Virus record (IMG/VR): IMGVR_UViG_3300028594_000069 | Coordinates: 1 to 46,850 of that record | Length of the DNA stretch: 46,850 nt | Direction: 5' to 3' (one strand) | Source of the DNA: a virus | Lineage: Duplodnaviria; Caudoviricetes | In this document: positions 1 through 10,370 of the stretch, piece after piece | Position numbering within the stretch: the stretch's first letter is position 1 | Layout: each line of letters starts with the position of its first letter | Program-made: the position numbers and the translations under genes | Notes under the pieces: generated by a model | Databases searched by the model: none | The model's input: the letters and a program-made list of their open reading frames with translations, nothing else | Told to the model about the DNA's origin: nothing

Positions 1-63
1 GCTCTTCACGAAATACAAGCGAATGAAGTCATGTTACAAACGAGAAACGAAGGGGCCGATTAA

Positions 64-1068
64 TTGACAAAAGAAGGCGAAATGATTCACCCGCAGGAAA
101 TAGCAGACGATTTAATATGGCATTTGGACGAGTTTCATTCTCTTCCGGAAATTTGGGATAATGAATTAGATGCTCAGATTCACCGATGGTATGCGGAAGC
201 ACCGACTGTATATCCTAAAAGACCTTATTTTAGCCCTAGCTCAGCAAACGCATGTCCTAAGCATTTATATTATAAGCAGTTACGAACACCGAAAGATAAC
301 GAACGAAAACAACCACACCAAACGAGATGGGCTGCGATAGGAACTAGGATAGGGGATATGATGCAAAGGGAAATATTATCAATGGAACGCAATTTCGAAG
401 ATAACACAGGAATTAGCCCAAGGTTTCGGTTCCTTCGCACAAAGAACGGAGAGCCTGCGTTCGAAGAATTTATCAAACTTAATCGAAAAGTAAATCACAA
501 AGGAAGAACATTTTATTTATTCGGTACTTCTGATGGGATTATGGAATACAGAACCCCAGATGGAGAGAAACTTCGAGTCGGTTTAGAATTGAAAAGTAAA
601 CAGACGACCTCGGCGCGAACGTCCTTATATTCAATGCGCGAGCCGCAAGAAGATCACGTCAAGCAATGTGTAGCTTATTCCGAAATGTACAAAGTCGATT
701 ACTTCGTCATCTTGTACGTTAATGCGTCGAAAAAGGCGTGGGACTACTCGGAAGAAGACTACGAAAAGACTCCGGACATTCGGGCGTTTGGGATTTACGT
801 AACAGACGAAGATCGCGAGGAATTGTTCGACCGTTTTGTCGGAATCTTGGACGCGGTTGATCGACGAGAACCTCCGAAACTTGACGTAAACGGCTGGAGC
901 TTTAATCCGTACAAGTCTACGATCGCTCAAGAGATTACGGAGGAGGAAATCAAGGAGCTGCGGAAAGAGCAATTACGCGTGGAAAATTCGAGCTTACCGA
1001 AGTTTGTTAAACGGCAATATTCGGAGGTATTGGAGTATTTGGATCATTCACGGGAGGCGATTTATTAA
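64..1068 (+). CDS. PD-(D/E)XK (RecB/Cas4-like) exonuclease
   Basis: FSPSSANACPKHLYY, GTSDG, LELKS and HVKQCVAY motifs; true start may be ATG 82. Confidence 0.7.
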   Translation: MTKEGEMIHPQEIADDLIWHLDEFHSLPEIWDNELDAQIHRWYAEAPTVYPKRPYFSPSSANACPKHLYYKQLRTPKDNERKQPHQTRWAAIGTRIGDMMQREILSMERNFEDNTGISPRFRFLRTKNGEPAFEEFIKLNRKVNHKGRTFYLFGTSDGIMEYRTPDGEKLRVGLELKSKQTTSARTSLYSMREPQEDHVKQCVAYSEMYKVDYFVILYVNASKKAWDYSEEDYEKTPDIRAFGIYVTDEDREELFDRFVGILDAVDRREPPKLDVNGWSFNPYKSTIAQEITEEEIKELRKEQLRVENSSLPKFVKRQYSEVLEYLDHSREAIY

Positions 1069-2009
1069 TGCATACGTATAAAGTAGGCGATAAAGTACGA
1101 ATTGTTGACGTAAATGCTATTCTTTTCGGAGATGAAAGTTTTGATAACGGAAATATTACGGAAGTAACTATGACTGATTCCAGAGGTATTTATTTGAGAT
1201 CAATTAAAAATACCGATCGGTTAGGCTCCGAAGAATCATTAATCGTTCTTAACGAAGAATTAGAAGGTGTCGAACTCGTAAGGGAAGGCGAAGAAGCAGC
1301 AGCGAAACTGGCCGCCCAACAGCAGGCAGAAATTGACGAACTCAGAAGCGATGTAAAGGAATTAGTAGATATGATAGTCGACTTAGAGGTAGAACTTTCG
1401 GAAGTTAAGGCGGAAGTAAGAAAAGGCGAAGAGAAAATCTACCTCGATCCCGAACGAATTGCAACCGAATTATTTCGCAGCCCAACCGAAAATCGCCCAA
1501 ACGAAGGACGCAGACTTGCGATCGAACGGGCGAAAGATTTTATTAAAGAAATAACGAGTATTACAACAGACGGTTTCTATACGGAAAGAGAGTTAAAAGG
1601 ATTTTCACACCCTATATACGTAACCAAAACGGAGTTTGTTGTAAACGAAGAAAAGCGGACAGTTGTAGCACTTGCTCGCGGGCTGAGACGCGGAGGCGTA
1701 ATTCTTAGAGGAATCGCCAAGTGCGACCCTTCCGACGTATTTAACGCAGACATTGGCAAAGCTATTGCGTTAGGTAGGGCGTATGGATTGGACGTAGAAG
1801 AGTTCGAACACGCCCCGCAGCCGGACGAGATTGTTCCGGGAATGGTTATAAATTCCTTGTACTACGGAAATAACAATATTTCAGTTCCGGGAAGAATAGT
1901 AAGTAGAGTTAACGACAACGGTTATCCGGTTTTTGATGACGGCCGTTTTGCCTCCCATTACGAAATCATTTCCGACTCCAAGGCGGATTACGAAGGCGGA
2001 AGCTATTAA
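1068..2009 (+). CDS. Phage hypothetical protein (coiled-coil middle; conserved-looking C-terminal GIAKCDPSDVFNADIGKAIALGRA domain)
   Basis: 313-aa ORF, RBS GGGAGG, TAATG coupling to upstream gene. Confidence 0.75.
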   Translation: MHTYKVGDKVRIVDVNAILFGDESFDNGNITEVTMTDSRGIYLRSIKNTDRLGSEESLIVLNEELEGVELVREGEEAAAKLAAQQQAEIDELRSDVKELVDMIVDLEVELSEVKAEVRKGEEKIYLDPERIATELFRSPTENRPNEGRRLAIERAKDFIKEITSITTDGFYTERELKGFSHPIYVTKTEFVVNEEKRTVVALARGLRRGGVILRGIAKCDPSDVFNADIGKAIALGRAYGLDVEEFEHAPQPDEIVPGMVINSLYYGNNNISVPGRIVSRVNDNGYPVFDDGRFASHYEIISDSKADYEGGSY

Positions 2010-2551
2010 TGGCCCAACCGAAACCTGTTCGCATTTTAGGACTTGACCTTTCGCTCTCCTCTCCGGGGGCAGGAGTTGTCGATATAAAGGACGGGAAGGC
2101 GGAAGTTATCGCCCATTCCCACGTCGCTCCTTCGAGCAAGCTAGACTATGCCGTAAGGGGCAGGATCATCGAATCTTGGCTACGCCTGTTTATTCAAGAT
2201 AACTACCGAAAGCCGGGGCGCAAGAAACTAGAGCCTTACGATTATATCTTACGGGAGAAATACGCAGGAAAGTTCGGGCATCATTCGATCTATACGGCAC
2301 ATTCCGCAGCAGACCGAGCATTACACGACTTCGAACTTTACGACACGGAGAAGCACATCGCTCAGCAGTCCGTTAAGAAGCTAGTCGTCGGAAAAGGCCG
2401 GGCGGAAAAGGAAGAGGTCGAGGACGCGGTAAGAAAGCTCACGAACTACGACGGAGAATTTGCCGTTAATGACGAATCCGATGCGGTTGCCGTTGCGTTA
2501 TCGTGTGCGATTCAGCACGATTTGATTGATACGAAAAGGGAGGACGATTGA
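2009..2551 (+). CDS. ruvC: RuvC-like Holliday junction resolvase
   Basis: ILGLDLSLSSPG, central E, VKKLVVGKGRAEKEEV, DESDAVAVA. Confidence 0.85.
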   Translation: MAQPKPVRILGLDLSLSSPGAGVVDIKDGKAEVIAHSHVAPSSKLDYAVRGRIIESWLRLFIQDNYRKPGRKKLEPYDYILREKYAGKFGHHSIYTAHSAADRALHDFELYDTEKHIAQQSVKKLVVGKGRAEKEEVEDAVRKLTNYDGEFAVNDESDAVAVALSCAIQHDLIDTKREDD

Positions 2552-2803
2552 ATGGAAGAACGAAAATCCCACGAAGCCACACGTTTAGAGTTATGCGCTG
2601 CATTAAGTTTCTTCGTGGAGGCGATAAACAATACCGGATTAAAGACGAGCATTTCCGAAGAAGAAACGGACGAGGTATTGGTGATTGTACGGGAAGAATT
2701 GGACGCTCTCGGGGAAACGGACGAAGAGTTTGCGGAAGGCGTTGACGAGTTGATTGGCAGCTTGGTAGAACGAATCTTGGGCGAAGGAGGGAGCGCGGAA
2801 TGA
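2552..2803 (+). CDS. Hypothetical acidic protein
   Basis: RBS AGGGAGG, packed in operon. Confidence 0.7.
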   Translation: MEERKSHEATRLELCAALSFFVEAINNTGLKTSISEEETDEVLVIVREELDALGETDEEFAEGVDELIGSLVERILGEGGSAE

Positions 2804-3054
2804 AGAAATTTATTTACGGCTTAATAGCGGCGATTCTCATTGCCCTAGCATTACTAATTATTCCGCCGTTAGTTATAACGATCGCAGGAATCATTGGAAA
2901 TTACGTAGGAATTGTAGTTTCCTTCTTAATCGGAGGCTTACTTACCGGAATTCTTGGAATCGAGGAGGGAACGATTCCGACGATTATGGCATGGCTGTTC
3001 GTTATCGGCGCAATATTTGGTGGAGGCATAAGAGTCGGAAGCAAGGAGGATTAA
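2800..3054 (+). CDS. Small membrane protein
   Basis: Almost entirely hydrophobic, ATGA overlap, RBS GGAGG. Confidence 0.75.
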   Translation: MKKFIYGLIAAILIALALLIIPPLVITIAGIIGNYVGIVVSFLIGGLLTGILGIEEGTIPTIMAWLFVIGAIFGGGIRVGSKED

Positions 3055-3060
3055 ATCGGC

Positions 3061-3255
3061 ATGACGTCCAAAAACGAAATATTAATCGAGCAGCTAGAAA
3101 TGGTGCTGTCCGACCAAAAGCACGACTTAGACGAAGTTAGGCGAAAAAGAAGCGAAGCATTGCATGGAGTTTCGAGACTGGACGCTGAGGAGATCGACAT
3201 TCTCCTTGGCATTCAGTACACAAAAGAACAACTAGAAACATTATGGAAGGGGTAA
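3061..3255 (+). CDS. Hypothetical coiled-coil protein
   Basis: RBS AAGGAGG, 64 aa. Confidence 0.65.
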   Translation: MTSKNEILIEQLEMVLSDQKHDLDEVRRKRSEALHGVSRLDAEEIDILLGIQYTKEQLETLWKG

Positions 3256-5537
3256 GTATTTTGGCAGAAATGCAGACAATGATTATTAAGGACGAAGGCA
3301 AACGACGTTTACCATTCGAAGAAAGCCGTTTAATCAACTTTATACAGAACCGTCTACAAACCGAGGATCAAACGTATATGGGCAAAGTTCTTCGAACAAT
3401 TACGGCGAAAGAAGAGTTCAAGGCGGAGGAAATTACGGAGCTTCTAATTAATACAGCGTTAGAGAACGTAGATGAAGCCGAACCGGAATGGACTTACGTT
3501 GCTGCAAGAGCGTTCTTAATTCGTCTCTATAAACAAGCAAGTCGGAATAGAGCGTACGATGCAAAAGAAAAATATGGAGACTTTTACGGATTACTGAAAA
3601 CACTCGCAAGTAAAGGAATCTATTCTTCCGGAATCTTGGAGAAATATTCTCGCGATGAAATCCAAGAAATTGCGGAAGAGATTGATCCAGAGCGTGATAA
3701 GTTATTTGATTTTCCGGGAATTCATTTGCTGGCTACGCGTTATTTAAAAAAGGATCACGAAGGGAATACGTTCGAACTTCCGCAAGAACGTTGGTTAATT
3801 ATCGCCCTCCATTTAATGCAAGACGAAGATAAGGATAAGCGCATGAATCTCGTAAAAGAAGCGTATTGGGCGTTATCCAACTTGTATATGACGGTGGCTA
3901 CTCCGACCTTAGCAAACGCAGGAGCAACGCATGGGCAGCTTTCGTCATGCTTTATCGATACCGTAGATGACTCGTTAATCGGTATTTACGATTCGAATAC
4001 GGATATTGCTCGCCTTTCAAAATCGGGCGGCGGCATAGGCGTTTATATGGGCAAAGTAAGAGCACGCGGTTCTTCGATCAAGGGATTCAAAGGCGTTTCT
4101 AGCGGAATTGTTCCGTGGATTAAGCAGCTAAATAATACGGCAGTAAGCGTTGACCAACTCGGGACTAGAAAAGGAGCCATTGCGGTTTACCTTGACGTGT
4201 GGCACGCGGATATTCTTCCGTTCCTTGACCTAAAACTAAACAACGGAGATGAACGCCTAAGAGCGCACGATATTTTCACTGGCGTAACTCTTCCGGACTT
4301 ATTTATGGAAAAAGTCGAGCAACGAGGAGATTGGTATTTATTCGATCCGCATGAAGTACGTCAAGTAATGGGATACGATCTAGCTGATTTCTACGACGAA
4401 AGCAAAGGCGCAGGAAGCTTCCGAGAAAAATATGAGAAATGCGTTCAAGATAATCGATTAAACAAAACAAAGATTCCAGCAATCGAAATTATGAAACGAA
4501 TTATGAAGTCGCAGCTCGAAGCAGGAACGCCATTTATGTTCTATCGGGACGAAGTAAACCGAATGAATGCGAACCCGCATGAAGGTATGATTTATTGTTC
4601 GAACCTATGTACGGAAATCACGCAAAACCAATCTCCAACTACGCAGGTTTCGGAAGTAATTGACGGAGATGAAATCATAATCCGTAAGCAGGCGGGAGAT
4701 TTCGTAACTTGTAACCTATCGTCCATTAACTTAGGAAAGGCGGTTCCAGCAGGAGTCCTTGAACGGTTAATTCCGATCCAAGTACGTATGTTAGATAACG
4801 TTATTGACCTTAATACAATCGACGTTAAACAAGCGCAAATTACGAATCAGAAATACCGTGCTATCGGATTAGGTACGTTCGGCTGGCATCATCTTCTGGC
4901 GTTAAAAGGAATCGAATGGGAGACGGACGCTGCAACGAAGTTCTCCGACGAACTTTACGAGCATATCGCATATTTAACGATCAGTTCTTCGAAGGAACTA
5001 GCGAAAGAGAAAGGCGCTTATCCAACGTTCGAAGGTTCTGACTGGCAATCGGGCGCGTACTTTGAGAAGCGCGGTTATTTGGACGGAAACAGTGGATATT
5101 TGTGGGACGAACTAGCCGAAGAAATCCAAGAACACGGAATTCGTAACTCGTATCTAATGGCGGTTGCTCCTAACGGAAGCACTTCGGTAATCGCGAACTC
5201 TACAGCGTCCATTGATCCGATTTTCTCTCCAATGTTCTACGAAGAGAAGAAGGACTACAAACTTCCGATCGTAGCTCCGGACTTGGATCACCGGACTTAT
5301 AACGTATATCGCCGATCTGCATATATCGTAGACCAACGAAAATCCGTAGAACAGAACGCAGCTAGGCAGAAGCATATCGACCAATCTATCTCGTTCAACA
5401 TTTACGTTCCTAACGATATTAGAGCAAGCGTACTCTTGGACGTGCATCTACAAGCGTGGAAGAGCGGATTGAAAACCACATACTATATACGTTCAACTTC
5501 GAGCGAGATTGAAGAGTGCGAATGGTGTGAAGCGTAA
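3243..5537 (+). CDS. nrdA: Class I ribonucleoside-diphosphate reductase alpha subunit (N-terminal ATP-cone-like region)
   Basis: TPTLANAG, QLSSCF, CSNLCTEI, TCNLSSINL, LKTTYY, C-terminal CEWC; likely start TTG 3261. Confidence 0.95.
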   Translation: MEGVSILAEMQTMIIKDEGKRRLPFEESRLINFIQNRLQTEDQTYMGKVLRTITAKEEFKAEEITELLINTALENVDEAEPEWTYVAARAFLIRLYKQASRNRAYDAKEKYGDFYGLLKTLASKGIYSSGILEKYSRDEIQEIAEEIDPERDKLFDFPGIHLLATRYLKKDHEGNTFELPQERWLIIALHLMQDEDKDKRMNLVKEAYWALSNLYMTVATPTLANAGATHGQLSSCFIDTVDDSLIGIYDSNTDIARLSKSGGGIGVYMGKVRARGSSIKGFKGVSSGIVPWIKQLNNTAVSVDQLGTRKGAIAVYLDVWHADILPFLDLKLNNGDERLRAHDIFTGVTLPDLFMEKVEQRGDWYLFDPHEVRQVMGYDLADFYDESKGAGSFREKYEKCVQDNRLNKTKIPAIEIMKRIMKSQLEAGTPFMFYRDEVNRMNANPHEGMIYCSNLCTEITQNQSPTTQVSEVIDGDEIIIRKQAGDFVTCNLSSINLGKAVPAGVLERLIPIQVRMLDNVIDLNTIDVKQAQITNQKYRAIGLGTFGWHHLLALKGIEWETDAATKFSDELYEHIAYLTISSSKELAKEKGAYPTFEGSDWQSGAYFEKRGYLDGNSGYLWDELAEEIQEHGIRNSYLMAVAPNGSTSVIANSTASIDPIFSPMFYEEKKDYKLPIVAPDLDHRTYNVYRRSAYIVDQRKSVEQNAARQKHIDQSISFNIYVPNDIRASVLLDVHLQAWKSGLKTTYYIRSTSSEIEECEWCEA

Positions 5538-5556
5538 GGGAGGCGAAGGCATAGAA

Positions 5557-6066
5557 ATGAAAAAAGCAATCGTAATGTACGCGTCTCTTTCCGGCAATAC
5601 CGAAGAAGTTGCGGAATTAATTACGGATTACCTCAGAGAATACGAGGTCGAAGTAGAATTATTCGACATTTGGGAGTACGAAATGGGGAGCGTAGAACTC
5701 CCCGAAACCTCCCGTTATGATGCGATCTTTCTAGGAACTTATACGTGGGATCGCGGGGGAACTCCGCCAGAAGTAAAGGATTTTGTCGCGGACGTTGGAT
5801 ACAAGCCGGAAAATGTTTTCATATTCGGAACAGGCGAAACTCAGTTCGGAGAAGAGAATTACTGTACAGCAACGGATAAACTAGCGTGGTTTTATAAATC
5901 TCCGCAAAAGCCGTTAAAGATCGAACAAAGTCCGAGAGGATCACAAGAAGAGGTCGTAAAAGAATGGGCGGAAAGAATTATACGAAAGGGGACAGGTGCA
6001 ATTGACGGAGAAAATGCCGGAAATATTAACGAAAGCAAAAGTGTTAAATCCAAAGAATCCGAATAA
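5557..6066 (+). CDS. Flavodoxin (NrdI-like partner of RNR)
   Basis: YASLSGNTEEVA FMN loop, GTYTWDRG, FGTGETQFG; lies between alpha and beta subunits. Confidence 0.9.
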   Translation: MKKAIVMYASLSGNTEEVAELITDYLREYEVEVELFDIWEYEMGSVELPETSRYDAIFLGTYTWDRGGTPPEVKDFVADVGYKPENVFIFGTGETQFGEENYCTATDKLAWFYKSPQKPLKIEQSPRGSQEEVVKEWAERIIRKGTGAIDGENAGNINESKSVKSKESE

Positions 6067-7054
6067 ATCTACAGGGCTGTTCGGAGGAGAGGCGAGCGGG
6101 ATTCTTAACTGGAACGACATTGCCTATCCGCATTTCTACCGAACGTACAAGGAATTACTCGGAAAGTATTGGCAGGCGGACGAAATAGATATGTCGCAGG
6201 ACGTAAAGCAGTTTCCTTCGTTAACAGCCGAAGAGCAAGACGCCTATCTAAAGATTATCGGCTTGTTATCGACTTTGGACGGTCCTCAGACGAAGATTGC
6301 GTTATTAATTTCGTTGTATGCTACGGACCCTTCAATCCAATCAATTATGGCGGTAATCGCGCAGCAGGAGGCGGTTCATAATGAAAGCTATTCTTACGTA
6401 TTGTCGTCGGTTACTGACTTGGAAAAGCAGATCGAGTCGTTCGAAACCGGCCGTAAGGATAAAGTGTTACTCGAACGTAACGAAAGAATCGTCAAAGTAT
6501 ATAATGACTTCGCTGACAATCCGACAATGGAAAACATTTTAAAGTCGATGGTGTATACGGCATTGCTCGAAGGATTGTTCTTCTATTCCGGATTTGCGTT
6601 CTTCTATAACTTGGCGCGAAATCAGAAGATGGTCGGAACGTCTACGATGATTTCGTACATTAATCGCGACGAGCTAGTACACGGACGTTTTATTTCCGAA
6701 TTATTCCGTGCAACTCTATCAGAAAATCCGGAGTACAATACGGAAAAGTTTATCGAATGGGTTTACGATGCATTTCGCCACTCAGTTGAACAGGAAACGA
6801 AATGGTCGCACTATATCCTTGCTGACGTAGTCGGAATAGACCTCGTAGAAATGGAAGGATATATCAAGTATCGCGCTAACAAGATGCTTCGATTGCTAGG
6901 GCTTTCCGAAATCTATCCGGAACATACCGAAAATCCTATGAAGTGGATTCGAGCATATGTCGATAACTTCGACGGAACTAAGACGGATTTCTTCGAGCAG
7001 AAGTCACGAGCATATACGAAGACTAGCGATTTAAACGGATTTGACGATCTATAA
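5996..7054 (+). CDS. nrdB: Class I ribonucleotide reductase beta subunit
   Basis: QEAVHNESYS, LEGLFFYSGF, RDELVH, TDFFE motifs. Confidence 0.95.
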   Translation: MQLTEKMPEILTKAKVLNPKNPNKSTGLFGGEASGILNWNDIAYPHFYRTYKELLGKYWQADEIDMSQDVKQFPSLTAEEQDAYLKIIGLLSTLDGPQTKIALLISLYATDPSIQSIMAVIAQQEAVHNESYSYVLSSVTDLEKQIESFETGRKDKVLLERNERIVKVYNDFADNPTMENILKSMVYTALLEGLFFYSGFAFFYNLARNQKMVGTSTMISYINRDELVHGRFISELFRATLSENPEYNTEKFIEWVYDAFRHSVEQETKWSHYILADVVGIDLVEMEGYIKYRANKMLRLLGLSEIYPEHTENPMKWIRAYVDNFDGTKTDFFEQKSRAYTKTSDLNGFDDL

Positions 7055-7242
7055 TGAACTCTACAAAGGACGAAAGAGTTTACGTAGAAGCTCCGTTGTT
7101 CTCCGGCCGGGGTACTATTACGAACACGTACCCCGGCGAACAATTTCCGATTGAGGTCGTATTAGAGGACGGAGATAGCGACGGGCATAAAATTAAACGA
7201 GTAAAGGCGGACGAAATAACGAGAAGGGAAGGCGATGAATAA
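7054..7242 (+). CDS. Hypothetical protein
   Basis: TAATG coupling, 62 aa. Confidence 0.6.
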   Translation: MNSTKDERVYVEAPLFSGRGTITNTYPGEQFPIEVVLEDGDSDGHKIKRVKADEITRREGDE

Positions 7243-7971
7243 GTGGCATTTTTCGGAGTATCTTCACGAAATGAAGCGCAAAAGGCAGCAATGCAGGCGG
7301 CCATTAACGATAAGCCATTCTTATTTATTACGGGGCCGGCAGGCGGAGGAAAGACGTTAATTCCGCAGGCGGTCGGATTAGAACGGACGATCGAAGAGTA
7401 TAAGTACAGACGAATGATTTATACGAGAATGCAGATGCAAGTCGGCGAGAATCTAGGCGCATTGCCCGGCGATTTAAACGAGAAAACATTCCCGTTCCTT
7501 GCTCCGTTCATGGATAACCTTGAGTCAATGAGCGACGAATCGGGCGTAATTAAACGGTATATCTTGGAAGGTGACGAAGATAAACGGAAAATATTCTTCG
7601 ATCCGATCCAGACGATTAGAGGACGTTCATTAAATCACACGTTTCTCCTAGCGGACGAAATGCAGAATGTTGACGTTCATGCGATGGCGGCTATTTCTAC
7701 ACGACCTGTTATCGGAAGTAAGTTCGTGTTTACCGGAAACTTTTCGCAGATAGATACGCCTAAACTTAGGCAGCCGGAAAAGAACGGATTGTATCAATTG
7801 TTAAACGGACTGTACGAACAAGAAGCGTTCGAATTCTTCGATCACATTAACTTTACGGAACAACAACGTCACCCGGCCGTAGAAGTAGTAGAACGGATTC
7901 TTAGAACGCAGGAGAACGTTCCGGACGAGTTCTTGGAATTAGAAGCGAGAGGGAACGTAGAAAAATCGTAG
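7243..7971 (+). CDS. phoH: PhoH-family ATPase
   Basis: GPAGGGKT, LGALPGDLNEK, IRGRSL, DEMQN, GNFSQID, QRH. Confidence 0.9.
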   Translation: MAFFGVSSRNEAQKAAMQAAINDKPFLFITGPAGGGKTLIPQAVGLERTIEEYKYRRMIYTRMQMQVGENLGALPGDLNEKTFPFLAPFMDNLESMSDESGVIKRYILEGDEDKRKIFFDPIQTIRGRSLNHTFLLADEMQNVDVHAMAAISTRPVIGSKFVFTGNFSQIDTPKLRQPEKNGLYQLLNGLYEQEAFEFFDHINFTEQQRHPAVEVVERILRTQENVPDEFLELEARGNVEKS

Positions 7972-7978
7972 AGGAGGC

Positions 7979-8188
7979 GTGTTAATAGTGGCGGACTTAT
8001 GCGGAGTTTGCGGAAGGGAAGTTCCGATAGATATTGCCCAAATAGTGCGAATAGAGAATGACGAAGCAATTTCGGTATACCATTTAGAGTGCGAATACGC
8101 TGCCAGTCAACTAAATCCTTGCGAGTATTGTGGCTATCATCGGCAAGTATGTATCGATTGTGGGGAGCCGGAAAGGAGCGACCTATAA
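7979..8188 (+). CDS. Small Cys-rich (zinc-finger-like) protein
   Basis: CGVC, HLEC, CEYC, CIDC; RBS GAGGAGG. Confidence 0.6.
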   Translation: MLIVADLCGVCGREVPIDIAQIVRIENDEAISVYHLECEYAASQLNPCEYCGYHRQVCIDCGEPERSDL

Positions 8189-8313
8189 TGGGCGACGCTA
8201 AAGAGGAATTTAAATGGGCTAAACGGGAAGCTCAGCACGCATTATTTCTAGCTCGAAGGGAAATCGACCTGTTTAGAGACGAACTTAAACGGAAAGGAGC
8301 CGGAGATAAATAA
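8188..8313 (+). CDS. Small hypothetical protein (41 aa)
   Basis: RBS AAAGGAG, TAATG coupling at both ends. Confidence 0.55.
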   Translation: MGDAKEEFKWAKREAQHALFLARREIDLFRDELKRKGAGDK

Positions 8314-8591
8314 TGTCTGACGAAAAGAATGGCGAAAGGAACGGCGGAAGAAGCAAGCTTACGGCAATTGACGGAGGAAAGGCTTCGGAAAGGTCAGCGA
8401 AAGAGAAGGAAGTAGAAGAAGTAGAGTACACAAGCAATCAAATGGTCGAAATGCTTCCGGCCTTAATCGACTTCTTTAAGGCGAAGGCGGAGATTAACCG
8501 AAACTATTACGAGCACCTTATCGAACAAGGCTTCACGGAAAAAGAGGCGTTGGAAATCGTTAAGTCGGATACTACGTTCAATCAAGGCTAA
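8313..8591 (+). CDS. Hypothetical protein
   Basis: 92-aa ORF, C-terminal LIEQGFTEKEALEIV helix motif. Confidence 0.7.
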   Translation: MSDEKNGERNGGRSKLTAIDGGKASERSAKEKEVEEVEYTSNQMVEMLPALIDFFKAKAEINRNYYEHLIEQGFTEKEALEIVKSDTTFNQG

Positions 8592-8623
8592 ATAACTAAT
8601 CAATTGCGAGGAGGAAATTACGA

Positions 8624-9136
8624 ATGAACAAACGCTTACTAATGACGATACTAAACGAAAATGCGTCGTTACCAACGAAGGCTCACGCAACAGATTCCGG
8701 ATTTGATTTATACGCAGCAGAGGACGTAATCATCGAACCGGGGGATACGGTAGTAGTTCCGACAGGGATTGCGATTCAGTTGCCGGAGGGCTGCGAAGCA
8801 CAAGTTCGGCCGCGTTCCGGAGTAACGGCAAAGACTAAACTTCGAGTTCAATTAGGGACGATCGATAACGGATATAACGGAGACATTGGCGTGATCGTTG
8901 ATTCTATAGATGACGCCAAGATTGACGGAATAATCCCGGAACATTTAGTAGGGATAGACGGGAAGCTGACGGAAGAGAAGGCGAAAAGATTTGGCTCTTA
9001 CCTTATCCGAAAAGGCGACCGCATCGCACAGCTAGTCGTTCAATATCTTCCGCAAGTAGAGGCGGTAGAAGTTGACGAGCTAGGTGATGAAACAGATCGG
9101 GGAGGCAACGGTTTTGGTTCAACCGGAACGAAATAA
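8624..9136 (+). CDS. dut: Trimeric dUTPase
   Basis: SGFDL, RPRSG, GTIDNGYNG, GDRIAQL, RGGNGFGSTG. Confidence 0.95.
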   Translation: MNKRLLMTILNENASLPTKAHATDSGFDLYAAEDVIIEPGDTVVVPTGIAIQLPEGCEAQVRPRSGVTAKTKLRVQLGTIDNGYNGDIGVIVDSIDDAKIDGIIPEHLVGIDGKLTEEKAKRFGSYLIRKGDRIAQLVVQYLPQVEAVEVDELGDETDRGGNGFGSTGTK

Positions 9137-9269
9137 TACGGAAGTTAACGAACCTTGCTTCTGTTACGAGAAATATAAACACTTGCTGAAACCCGGCACG
9201 ATTACTGCGTGCATGAAGGAGCGTTGCCGGAACTACCGGCGGAACATGGGCTTAAAGGAGGCGGACTAG

Positions 9270-9488
9270 ATGGAAACATTCTTATTCTGGGCGGCAGTAA
9301 TATTCTTGGTGTTCGTCGCATTAGTCGCAGTATTTGCGGTAGGTTATTTTTTAACGAACATGTTTGACGTGATTAACGGAGATATAGCAAGCCGATCGAC
9401 CATGGTAGTTGCGTTCTTGTTCGCGGCGATATACTCCATAAGAATTACCGTAGATGTGATCGAAGATTTAGTGTTCTTACTACTTTAA
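9270..9488 (+). CDS. Small membrane protein (2 TM)
   Basis: RBS AAAGGAGG, two hydrophobic stretches. Confidence 0.7.
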   Translation: METFLFWAAVIFLVFVALVAVFAVGYFLTNMFDVINGDIASRSTMVVAFLFAAIYSIRITVDVIEDLVFLLL

Positions 9489-9505
9489 GGAGGCGGAATA
9501 AGAAA

Positions 9506-9859
9506 ATGGCAAAGGTTAAAATGTTACGTAATTATCACGTATCAGACTTTATGGAAGACGGTATTCTTTGGAAAGGCGAAGTATACGACGAAGAAGAGTT
9601 AGAAGGTTTCGCTACAATAGAACGGTTAATCGACGATGGCTATTGCGAGTTAGTCGAAGAAATTCCGGAGTTATACGTACTAGCAAGTGTGGACAGCGAA
9701 GGCAATGTAGTTGGACTTCCGCAAGGCGGCGGCTCTTCGACAACTCCACGAATTAAGGCGTACGATTCCTTGGCGAGTGCAAAACGAGGAGCAAGAAGAC
9801 ACGCTGGAACAATCGTAAAAGTTACGGAAGTAGAAATTATCGAGGAGGCTAACGAATGA
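9506..9859 (+). CDS. Hypothetical protein
   Basis: RBS AAGGAGG, 117 aa. Confidence 0.7.
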   Translation: MAKVKMLRNYHVSDFMEDGILWKGEVYDEEELEGFATIERLIDDGYCELVEEIPELYVLASVDSEGNVVGLPQGGGSSTTPRIKAYDSLASAKRGARRHAGTIVKVTEVEIIEEANE

Positions 9860-10350
9860 AAGTATATGTAGCGCACCCTATCAGCACAACCGGAGAATTT
9901 ACGGATTCTTTAAGAGTAGCCGATCAGATTGCTGGGCTAGGTTTCGATATTTACGCGGCAGCAGCAAACGCAAGTATAAACGATAAGACGAACGAGCCTA
10001 CTCCGGTAGACATTTACGAAGCAGACGTGAACGAGTTGCTAACGAGCAACCTAGTCGTCCTTAATCTAACAGGCGGACAGGCAGACGGCACAATCACGGA
10101 GCTTGGCATCGTAGCAGGCTATAACGAATCGATTAGACGGCATTCCATCGCTGTTCCTACGATTCCTGTCCTTGGATATACGTCCAATGCCCGACTGCAA
10201 CGGCCGCAATTCTGGCTTGGCGTACCGTCCGCATCGGCGAATCACTTATCGTTAGGAGCTATCGAAATGTGGGGTTCGTTCCTTGGCGGAGAAACGGAAA
10301 TGCTGGAAGAGTTAGGACGAATTATTACGAAGGAACAAGCGCAAGGCTAA
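9856..10350 (+). CDS. Nucleoside 2-deoxyribosyltransferase-family protein
   Basis: KVYVAHP, IYEADV, DGTITELG motifs. Confidence 0.8.
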   Translation: MKVYVAHPISTTGEFTDSLRVADQIAGLGFDIYAAAANASINDKTNEPTPVDIYEADVNELLTSNLVVLNLTGGQADGTITELGIVAGYNESIRRHSIAVPTIPVLGYTSNARLQRPQFWLGVPSASANHLSLGAIEMWGSFLGGETEMLEELGRIITKEQAQG

Positions 10351-10370
10351 ACGCAAAGGAGGTTATAACG

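Noticed and set aside
215-233. CTAAAA-N7-TTTTAG palindrome as another cassette site
   Set aside because: Spacer is 7 not 6, it lies mid-gene and has no partner site
64-1068. Cas4/CRISPR association
   Set aside because: No other cas genes, no repeat-spacer array anywhere in the window, and no C-terminal Cys cluster; treated as a phage nuclease
3243-7054. Introns or inteins in RNR genes (as in SPbeta)
   Set aside because: Both ORFs are uninterrupted and of normal length, with no intein motifs
9084-9269. Cys-containing 61-aa ORF after dut
   Set aside because: Start overlaps dut and lacks a clear RBS; may be real but is not supportable
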